Source: a virus (Duplodnaviria > Heunggongvirae > Uroviricota > Caudoviricetes). Taken from it: 64,000 nt of DNA. Positions within the stretch are counted from its first letter, which is position 1, and every line of letters starts with the position of its first letter. Under the pieces are notes generated by a model. That model saw only the letters and a list, made by a program, of their open reading frames with translations. It searched no databases and had not been told where the DNA came from. Shown here piece by piece: positions 56,775-64,000 of the stretch. Both the position numbers and the translations under genes were made by a program. Location of the stretch: the IMG/VR virus record IMGVR_UViG_3300027375_000001, one strand, 5' to 3'.

Positions 56775-57416
56775 ATGGCACAAGGTATTCAAGACTACTA
56801 CGACACAATCCAAAGAAAGGGATTTCAGCGAAGAAATCTCTTCCGCATTGCTGCGATCAATGGAGATGGCATTTTATCTAAACTGGCGGCAGAGTTAACG
56901 TCTCTAGATGGTGGCATTTCAAACGCATATCTAACGACAGCCACAGTGCCAGGCCGGACTATCCAAAACGTTACCGCACCATTTATGGGATTGGATTTTA
57001 ATGTACCAGGCAACGCCAAATATGATAACAGCAACAACTGGCAAGTTACATTCAGATTGCCTGGTGATCTTTCAATTCGAAACGCATTCGAGCAAATGAG
57101 CTACGATATCTTCGATGATGGAACATCCACGGGCTGCTATGGAGTGCCTAATAGCAGAAATATCATTACGCTAGCCTTGTTAAACATTAAGGGAGAAGCA
57201 GTAAGATACTATGATTTGATTGGTGTATATCCAGTAGCGTTTAATGGATTGTCATTTGAATTGACCGGCAATGCCGAAGTCATGACATTCAATGCAACAT
57301 TGGCATATCAATACTACCGTATCAATAAATCCAAAGTTCCTGGGGCACAAGTCATTACAGATTTCGACAGAACGACTGGCCTTACACCTGCTCTTGGTGC
57401 TGGAAACGCCTGCTAA
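56775..57416 (+). CDS. gp19: Tail tube protein
   Basis: FQRRNLFRI, TATVPGRTI, FNVPG..Y, WQVTF, FEQM, YDLIGVYP, FNATLAYQYY; ATAAGTA upstream. Confidence 0.8.
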   Translation: MAQGIQDYYDTIQRKGFQRRNLFRIAAINGDGILSKLAAELTSLDGGISNAYLTTATVPGRTIQNVTAPFMGLDFNVPGNAKYDNSNNWQVTFRLPGDLSIRNAFEQMSYDIFDDGTSTGCYGVPNSRNIITLALLNIKGEAVRYYDLIGVYPVAFNGLSFELTGNAEVMTFNATLAYQYYRINKSKVPGAQVITDFDRTTGLTPALGAGNAC

Positions 57417-57429
57417 TACTCAACCTCAA

Positions 57430-57675
57430 TTAATACCCGTCACCACCTAAGGGCGTAGTCATCTCACGGACTACGCCCTTTATTCTATCAAAAATCGCCT
57501 CCGCCTCTTGGATGGATTTAAATTTGATGGTTTTGCCGTTCGTAAATCGATAGACAATTTCTTGTGTCTCTCTATCGAGACGGATATTTTGTATGATAAA
57601 TACCCCAGGCGAAAATCCCAAGGATGAATATCGTTCGTTCAACACTTCAAGCTTTTCACCAGGAATATAATTCAT
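57430..57675 (-). CDS. Hypothetical protein
   Basis: Part of a tightly packed minus-strand run. Confidence 0.55.
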   Translation of the reverse strand: MNYIPGEKLEVLNERYSSLGFSPGVFIIQNIRLDRETQEIVYRFTNGKTIKFKSIQEAEAIFDRIKGVVREMTTPLGGDGY

Positions 57676-57944
57676 GCAGTCAAACGAGATGCGTATGGTC
57701 GGATTTTATTGGCGTTGCCAGATCCCATAATTTCAAAATAAATATCCCCGCTTATATCATCAATATAATCTTGAATGTCGTTTGGCGATAAATCAACAAG
57801 ATCTTCGTGAACTCCTAATTTATCGGCTTTATCAAAAATGACATTTACTGAACGGATCAGCGCGAGCCATCGTGAAACGACGTGCACATCTTGATCTTCA
57901 AACTTATTCGGTTTCGGCCTTTGGTATTTGCGGAGTTTTTTCAT
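57672..57944 (-). CDS. Hypothetical protein
   Basis: 4-bp overlap with the downstream gene. Confidence 0.55.
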   Translation of the reverse strand: MKKLRKYQRPKPNKFEDQDVHVVSRWLALIRSVNVIFDKADKLGVHEDLVDLSPNDIQDYIDDISGDIYFEIMGSGNANKIRPYASRLTA

Positions 57945-58347
57945 AGATTTTTAAAATTATTTGTTTGATAAAAGGAATGTTGTTAACTAATATGCCTGTT
58001 AAATTGTTATTTTCAACTATAAAAGTATAATTTTGTATATACGATTCTCTAAGATATTTGTCGATGGTTTCTTTAAATTTTTGTATGCATTGAGGAAATG
58101 GCAATCCGTATTTTGTAGTGTCGTATTTGTGTTTCTCTTTTGAGATTTTATGCATCAACTGCACATAATCACTCGATCTCTCGAGCATGTATTTGAATTT
58201 TTCCTGGCGTTGATTTTTCTGACATTCACCGCAAATAAAATTTGCACGTAATAGCTCTCTAGCACCATACTCAATAGTAGCCTGTTTCCAGCTTATTTGC
58301 GATCTTTGTTTGTATTTGTGGCATTTAATACATTTGCACGTGAGCAT
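57904..58347 (-). CDS. Hypothetical protein with CxxC...CxxC zinc motif
   Basis: CIKC...CGEC in the N-terminus. Confidence 0.55.
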   Translation of the reverse strand: MLTCKCIKCHKYKQRSQISWKQATIEYGARELLRANFICGECQKNQRQEKFKYMLERSSDYVQLMHKISKEKHKYDTTKYGLPFPQCIQKFKETIDKYLRESYIQNYTFIVENNNLTGILVNNIPFIKQIILKIYEKTPQIPKAETE

Positions 58348-58350
58348 ATA

Positions 58351-58704
58351 TTATTTTATTAAGCCAGAAATAAATCCTCCAATATACGAGATTATTTGAT
58401 TCTTTTTGTGGTCGTCAATTTTTGCAGCGGATACTATTTCATCAATAACCATAGGATCTGCATTTGTGAACATCGAATGCAATAATGTCTTTAACGACGA
58501 GCCAAGGTCTCTCGCATCTAATATTTGCTTACTCAACATCTCACCCACAGTATAGCAGTCTTTATCAAAGCAGGTAAGCTCTACTAGATGTTTTTTGGTT
58601 CTATCTGCAGGCGTTTCGTCGATCAAAGAAGATTTAAAAATATCCATTGAACGAAGCATTTCGCTATATTTTGATGTATCGATGTTACTGTATTGAGGAT
58701 TCAT
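58351..58704 (-). CDS. Hypothetical protein
   Basis: 117-aa helical ORF in an operon-like run. Confidence 0.55.
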   Translation of the reverse strand: MNPQYSNIDTSKYSEMLRSMDIFKSSLIDETPADRTKKHLVELTCFDKDCYTVGEMLSKQILDARDLGSSLKTLLHSMFTNADPMVIDEIVSAAKIDDHKKNQIISYIGGFISGLIK

Positions 58705-59095
58705 GATTAGTCAATAAAGTATCTACTGGTACGATCTTGCGAGCAGCATAAAATTTACCGTAAATGGCATTTATATTTTTGCAATGCACACATTCGTATT
58801 CTTCTTCATACACATTATAATCAATGATACTGGGCTTTTTGCAGAACGCACACTCAATATTCATTTTGATTGTTGGTGATGGCATTGTATCAACTAATTC
58901 TTGAATTCTTGAGGAACGAAAGAGATCCGCATACCATTTAACAGTGATCTGCAAGACTATCGCGATTGCCGTCGCAATACTGAATTTTAACAGACTCCAG
59001 TCAAAGAATAAGGAGAATACACCAGATATACTCGACCCCACTACGACCAGCAATAGAATCGATTTAAAGAGAGGTACAAAAAATGAACTAAACAT
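58685..59095 (-). CDS. Two-TM membrane protein with C-terminal zinc ribbon
   Basis: Two hydrophobic stretches, then CAFC...CVHC. Start re-called at MFSSFF. Confidence 0.6.
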   Translation of the reverse strand: MFSSFFVPLFKSILLLVVVGSSISGVFSLFFDWSLLKFSIATAIAIVLQITVKWYADLFRSSRIQELVDTMPSPTIKMNIECAFCKKPSIIDYNVYEEEYECVHCKNINAIYGKFYAARKIVPVDTLLTNHESSIQ

Positions 59096-59276
59096 TTTCT
59101 TTTTGGGTTTTAATGCGTTCAGCAACTTCTGCAGTTTGCTCTTTGATTTTCTGAATCAATTGTTTTTCAAATAGTGCTTCACTATCATAGTGCAACGCTA
59201 GAATCTCTGATATGTGCAATTTTAAATTGCAGGCATAAAGATTATAATCGTTAATTGGATACGTACGTATTTCCAT
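59088..59276 (-). CDS. Hypothetical protein
   Basis: Start re-called at MEIRTY, directly after the rnh stop. Confidence 0.45.
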   Translation of the reverse strand: MEIRTYPINDYNLYACNLKLHISEILALHYDSEALFEKQLIQKIKEQTAEVAERIKTQKENV

Positions 59277-59277
59277 A

Positions 59278-60168
59278 TTATGAAAACCATTGTGCCATGA
59301 CGTCACTCAATTTCGATGTAAATGGATTAAGCCAGTAGTGACTATCATTGGCAAGTTTGGTCATTTCTAATTTATTCGCGAGTTCGACAAATTTCACCGG
59401 ATCCTGTGTAGTATTTAACCAAGCATATTGATCTTCATACGATTTCATCTCGTCTGGCTCTGAAGACCACCCCATACCCAAATCCATGATTTTTCGATTA
59501 GTGAGAATGACTTCAATCTGATGAGCATCGCAAACACTACTCAAATTATCAAAGCCACCAATCTCCACAGCTAATTTCTTTGATTTCTTTTCACCATACC
59601 TATCGAGCCCTTTGATGTTATCGGAAGGATCCCCTAAAATACATTTATACAATACAAATTGTTCGATAGGAAGTCCTACTTCATTTTCAAAATTCAAATG
59701 TGTGTATGTTTTCTTCTGGTATGGATTAAAAACACTAACCCGTTCATTTACTAACTGCAAAAGATCTTTATCACCGGAAATGACTGTGATCGCGCCAGAT
59801 TCTTTTTGGCAAAGCCATGCAATAACATCGTCCGCCTCCATTCGATATGGATATATAGAAGGAACGCCCATATATTTAAGAAACTCAATAATATATGAAA
59901 CGGTATGATACACTGCCGTGTTGTCGCTTCGATTCTGCTTGTAATTATCATTCAACTCACTGCGGAACGAAGGTCTTGCTGGATCATAATCAAGCTTCTG
60001 GTCCCATGTAACGATGACATCCTTGGTATCATATCCAATAGCATACGACCGAATCATTTTCAAACTCTGTGCGATTGCAGCAATATTCACGCCGTCACTA
60101 TTCCGAAATTCAGGAATCGCAAAGCTCGCTCGAAATAATAGATTGTTTCCGTCGATGATAATCTTCAT
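59278..60168 (-). CDS. rnh: RNase H / 5'-3' flap exonuclease
   Basis: IIDGNNLLFR, VTWD, YKQNR, MEADDVIA, ISGDKDLLQL, ILGDPSDNIKGL. Confidence 0.92.
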   Translation of the reverse strand: MKIIIDGNNLLFRASFAIPEFRNSDGVNIAAIAQSLKMIRSYAIGYDTKDVIVTWDQKLDYDPARPSFRSELNDNYKQNRSDNTAVYHTVSYIIEFLKYMGVPSIYPYRMEADDVIAWLCQKESGAITVISGDKDLLQLVNERVSVFNPYQKKTYTHLNFENEVGLPIEQFVLYKCILGDPSDNIKGLDRYGEKKSKKLAVEIGGFDNLSSVCDAHQIEVILTNRKIMDLGMGWSSEPDEMKSYEDQYAWLNTTQDPVKFVELANKLEMTKLANDSHYWLNPFTSKLSDVMAQWFS

Positions 60169-60442
60169 ATGCTTGTTTGAATGGTTCTAATTTGTCACCA
60201 GAATATGACTTCTGTAGATCTGTGATATCACTTTGCGGCAGGGTTGCAATATACTCAACTTGTTTTTGTGCAATGCTAGCTAAAAATTCTGTTTTAGACA
60301 CAACAGCTTTGGAATAGGTTGGGTAAATCAGTAATGTCAAACTCAGCTCAGATTCATCAAGGATAATAAAGAATCTTTCTATGTAGGTTGCTTTATACAG
60401 GCAACCAATTTTGTCGGATTTCGTCTGCGATTGGTGTGACAT
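60110..60442 (-). CDS. Hypothetical protein
   Basis: 110-aa ORF between the kinase and rnh; overlaps both. Confidence 0.45.
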   Translation of the reverse strand: MSHQSQTKSDKIGCLYKATYIERFFIILDESELSLTLLIYPTYSKAVVSKTEFLASIAQKQVEYIATLPQSDITDLQKSYSGDKLEPFKQAYEDYHRRKQSIISSELCDS

Positions 60443-61067
60443 AATTTTTAAGGTTAAGATCTGGAGTGGTTGGCCAGCTAATGCATATATCTGCTCGATT
60501 CATCAATTTAGGGATTTGTTCCTTTTCAGTCTCATTGATAAAGGAAATTGGCATTTTGTTTCCATCAACAAGATCGTATCGATCGATATAGATTAATTTA
60601 CCATTATGCCTCTGCTGCAACCAATTAACTTCGTCATTTTCATATTCTTGAAAACGAATATCTGTAATACACAAAATTAACGGTTTTGTCGAATCGATGG
60701 GATTCGTTTGCGACCCTATAATTCGTTCCGAATCATAGTATTTCGAACGATTTACAGACTGAGTGACGGTGTGCTCGATTTGTTTATCAATTATATCTAA
60801 GAAATAAGTGCCCTTTGATTTGCTGCGAACTAGGTTGGCATATTCCACCATTAGCGGCCGGATTTCCTCTTTTTCCGCAGGCGTAAAGTTAAAAACATTA
60901 AGATTGTTACTAGCAAAGTACCCAAGATGATTTATGTCGATACGAATATAATCACCAATCGAGACTCTCCGCACTTGGTATTCCGGTAAAGAATTTTTCA
61001 ATATTTCGTAAAAAGTATCTTTACCTGACGTCGCTTTGCCCGCAATTCCTAAAATTAAATATTTCAT
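60393..61067 (-). CDS. Deoxynucleoside monophosphate kinase, gp1-like
   Basis: ILGIAGKATSGKDT, RVSIGDYIR, IRPLMVEY, ITDIRF..NE. Confidence 0.75.
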   Translation of the reverse strand: MKYLILGIAGKATSGKDTFYEILKNSLPEYQVRRVSIGDYIRIDINHLGYFASNNLNVFNFTPAEKEEIRPLMVEYANLVRSKSKGTYFLDIIDKQIEHTVTQSVNRSKYYDSERIIGSQTNPIDSTKPLILCITDIRFQEYENDEVNWLQQRHNGKLIYIDRYDLVDGNKMPISFINETEKEQIPKLMNRADICISWPTTPDLNLKNYVTPIADEIRQNWLPV

Positions 61068-61114
61068 GCAATATTATAATCTTTGTTTAAAAGATTTGCA
61101 ACGTAAATATTTGT

Positions 61115-61666
61115 ATGACAGCAAATGTCAATCTAACAAGCATATCAGCAATCAGTGGGACGTCGCCTATAACTGTAACGTTCTTAATGTCCACACTTCC
61201 ACCCGCAAATCTTGCAAAGGTATATTTTGATTTTGGGGATGGTTCGTCTAGGACCGTTTTTTGGTTTGCTTCGTCTGCACCTGCTTCGGCCGTCTCAGCA
61301 CTTCCAGTTTCGGCAGATCCCGGGAATGTGCGTAATTATAATATTTCCAAAACATATACAAGACAGAGCATATTAGATCAAAAAACATTCACGGTCCGCA
61401 TTTCTGCATACAGCGTCACTACTTTCCAACCAACCGCATACGCCGTGCCGGTGGGCCCGATACGTCTAGATTCAGCATCATCTATCAATGGAAGCACAAC
61501 AAGACTAATCAAAACAAGGTACATCAACAAAAATGAAATGCTCTTAGTTTTTGAAAATCAAACAACAGGGAAAATATATACAGTAATAGCAGATCCAAAT
61601 TTTGACAGTTCGATTACTTCAGACAGCACATATCGCTCTTTATGTGCAAAGTATTTCAATGATTAA
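61115..61666 (+). CDS. PKD/Ig-like domain virion protein
   Basis: YFDFGDGSS, ISKTY, FTVRISAY; TAAATA at 61104-61109. Confidence 0.6.
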   Translation: MTANVNLTSISAISGTSPITVTFLMSTLPPANLAKVYFDFGDGSSRTVFWFASSAPASAVSALPVSADPGNVRNYNISKTYTRQSILDQKTFTVRISAYSVTTFQPTAYAVPVGPIRLDSASSINGSTTRLIKTRYINKNEMLLVFENQTTGKIYTVIADPNFDSSITSDSTYRSLCAKYFND

Positions 61667-61687
61667 ACTATACCCCTAAATAAATCT

Positions 61688-64000
61688 ATGGCAGTAAAAT
61701 ACATCGACTGGAAACCAGTTAGCGTTAGCTATATCAATAATAAGCTAGATTTAAGCGATGCCGTTATTGGTACCAGCGATGGGTTAATTTTCTCAGAAAA
61801 TAATCTTGCATCATGTATTCGTAGTTTGGATTTTAACGAAAATAGTCTTGTATTTTTAACTGATCTTATAGAGGCACCAACCATTGAAACAAAAAGAGAT
61901 GAGGTCAAATACCAAAACAATTTAATACGCAACTGTATTATGACCTCAGCGAGTGGGTATTATTTAACAAGAACTCGGTATGATTCTGCAAATATCGCAA
62001 CATCTGCGGAATCTACGAATAATATATTCCAATTAGAGTTTGACACAAACGATGATGCACTAAGCATTGTTTCGGAAGATTTAAATCAGCGCTTATATCT
62101 AACAGTCGACGCCACTGGAGCATGTGCTTATTTTGATGTATATAACTCCGACATAGAACATCTTCAAAAATTCAAATATATTCTGAATACAGACACAAAC
62201 ACTCTTGTATTATTTTGTAGCACGTGCGACACTAGTGGGTATCGTGTGGTTTCATATGACGAATCAACACCAGGAACATCATTGGTGACCTTTGAAACCT
62301 ACAACCCATTATCTGCCAATAGCTGCTATTCATATTTGTTCAAGCTTAAAAATGTAGATTTGTCTATCAAGCCATATACATTAAATTCGAGCCGCTATGT
62401 AAAATATGAAAGTGTAATTGATAATAATGACACAATTTACGGAGACATGGAAATCGCATCGAGTCAATCGTTTCCTAATAACTATTTAATCGCCACATCG
62501 TTCAAAGATAGTGGCACATACACACCAACCACAGACTATACAGGACAGCTAAAATCAAATGCGGTATCTCTAAAGAATCTTTTCACACCAGAATACAAAT
62601 ATAGTAAAAGAAATGATGTAGTGTTAAATCGGGACTACCAAACAGTTACTCTAGGTGATAATATTGTCGATGACGCTTATAATAAAGTCACTACATCATA
62701 TAGTGCATCAACGAAACAATTTAATTTAGAACCAGATAAGCTGACATACTTCCATTATCCATATGGTACATCAACGGTACCAATTTCGTCATCTGGTTTG
62801 ATTGAAGCTGGTGCTATAGCTGGCCTATCTCCTATAAAAGCAGATCGTATTTGGAAATCACAATTCGGATACGAAACGAGCACAAACAATGGCAATTCTA
62901 CAACACGAAACGGCACATGGCTTTGCAGTTGGCTGAGTGGCAATAATTGTCAGTCTATATGGGTTGATAGATGGTATAATCCACAACAGATTGAATATAA
63001 GCTAGCACTAACTGCAGATGAACCAAATCCGTATATTTCAGACGCGCCATCAACATTGACATTCGAGGCTGGTGTTTTGTACAAATATTTTCATATCGGC
63101 GCAGAGTATAGCTTAAAGCTAATTGAAGATGCTGATTTCAATAATTGTGACAAGGTCCTTGAAATTAAAAATTGGACTAAAGCCAATCTTGAAAACGCAA
63201 CAAATAGTACCGAAGATAACATAACCTATACAAGGTTTAATAACTCGGAATTTACATTTACAGGCAGTGAGTATATTTCGTATTCCGCAAGCGAATCATT
63301 CTTTGCAAAATACAACCTGACCGTGGCTGCGTGGGTTTATTTTGACAACTGGTCAAATGCAGCAGCAGATCAAATAATTGGAAATTATTATAATGGTGGT
63401 TATGGTTTATCATATCACACAGGAATTAAAGATGATTTCTTGATTTATACTGATAGCACATACGGTCATATTTTCGTAACAAATACAGAAGGAAGATATC
63501 TTTTTGATAAAGCAATTCCAGGCACAAATGCAGCGGTTACAGATATGAGCGTTGATGGCGAAGGACGTGCTTGGATATTGGACGATAATCAGAATAAAAT
63601 ATTTGTCTATAATCCAATTAATAATGTATTTGAGAATATTATTGACCTCCCGGCAACGACATACAAATATGCCAGACATGACAAATACAACAATTTTTAC
63701 GTGTATAGCAGTAACAAGGTATTTAAAAAATATGACCGAAATGGCGACCTTCTGACTACTAAACCTTTAGCATTTCTCACAAATACTTTCTTGCCATTAT
63801 CAACACTGCAGGGATTTGATATTACTGGATTTTTTATAGACAGTGCATCAAATATACAACCATATATTGGTACTACAGCATTTGAGGATTTAAGCGGGAA
63901 CTACTGGCATCATTTTGGAAGCAACCTGATCAAAAATAACATTAATTACATTTTGCATATTACATCACCAGACGATCTGAAAGTAGATGGTGATCTTAAT
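61688..64000 (+). CDS. Large virion structural protein, partial (LamG-like and beta-propeller regions); not in ORF track
   Basis: Manual translation from ATG 61688 (MAVKYIDWKPVS...) stays open through GTWLCSWLSG..WVDRWYNP, LTVAAWVYFDNW and DMSVDGEGRAWILD. No stop seen in the parts read; TAAATA at 61677-61682. Confidence 0.7.
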   Translation, partial: MAVKYIDWKPVSVSYINNKLDLSDAVIGTSDGLIFSENNLASCIRSLDFNENSLVFLTDLIEAPTIETKRDEVKYQNNLIRNCIMTSASGYYLTRTRYDSANIATSAESTNNIFQLEFDTNDDALSIVSEDLNQRLYLTVDATGACAYFDVYNSDIEHLQKFKYILNTDTNTLVLFCSTCDTSGYRVVSYDESTPGTSLVTFETYNPLSANSCYSYLFKLKNVDLSIKPYTLNSSRYVKYESVIDNNDTIYGDMEIASSQSFPNNYLIATSFKDSGTYTPTTDYTGQLKSNAVSLKNLFTPEYKYSKRNDVVLNRDYQTVTLGDNIVDDAYNKVTTSYSASTKQFNLEPDKLTYFHYPYGTSTVPISSSGLIEAGAIAGLSPIKADRIWKSQFGYETSTNNGNSTTRNGTWLCSWLSGNNCQSIWVDRWYNPQQIEYKLALTADEPNPYISDAPSTLTFEAGVLYKYFHIGAEYSLKLIEDADFNNCDKVLEIKNWTKANLENATNSTEDNITYTRFNNSEFTFTGSEYISYSASESFFAKYNLTVAAWVYFDNWSNAAADQIIGNYYNGGYGLSYHTGIKDDFLIYTDSTYGHIFVTNTEGRYLFDKAIPGTNAAVTDMSVDGEGRAWILDDNQNKIFVYNPINNVFENIIDLPATTYKYARHDKYNNFYVYSSNKVFKKYDRNGDLLTTKPLAFLTNTFLPLSTLQGFDITGFFIDSASNIQPYIGTTAFEDLSGNYWHHFGSNLIKNNINYILHITSPDDLKVDGDLN

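Noticed and set aside
320-63755. Numerous 60-160 aa ORFs in the track antisense to or nested in larger genes (e.g. 320..643, 3168..3572, 31980..32417, 48096..48569, 49600..49929)
   Set aside because: They are shadows of well-supported genes on the other strand or frame and have no recognisable motifs.
1-64000. Alternative genetic code (stop-codon reassignment) as in some large phages
   Set aside because: Core genes are full length under the standard code and end at TAA, TGA or TAG with tight packing. The gp43 break involves a frame change, not read-through.
1-64000. tRNA genes, rRNA, CRISPR arrays, IS elements
   Set aside because: No cloverleaf/TTCGAATC signatures in intergenic space, no spaced direct-repeat arrays and no transposase motifs seen. 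Intergenic gaps are too short except 30165-30412.

Overview
A 64 kb fragment of a large T4-like myovirus genome (standard genetic code; no tRNA, rRNA or CRISPR seen). Left arm (minus strand, 1-29.1 kb): T4-type replication/recombination module (gp32, gp41, UvsX, gp43, gp46, gp47, gp55, UvsW, UvsY). A ~12.8 kb AT-rich glycan-biosynthesis island lies between gp47 and gp46. Right arm: baseplate/tail genes (gp5-, gp27-, gp53-, gp48-, gp26-, gp54-like, tape measure), primase, clamp loader, GroES, terminase, sheath, tube, RNase H, dNMP kinase and a long structural ORF running off the window end. Three features stand out. (1) The family-B DNA polymerase is split into two genes inside its exonuclease domain. 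Each half carries an extra, oppositely charged terminal tag, and an apparent homing-endonuclease remnant lies between them. (2) A candidate 7-deazaguanine DNA-modification system is spread over two loci: a TGT-fold DpdA-like gene, an NMP kinase and a phosphoribosyltransferase coupled to the polymerase, and QueC, a glycosyltransferase, a class II glutamine amidotransferase, DenV and DUF366. (3) The glycan island, parts of which are preceded by late-promoter-like motifs. All product calls come from motif recognition by eye; no database searches were run.
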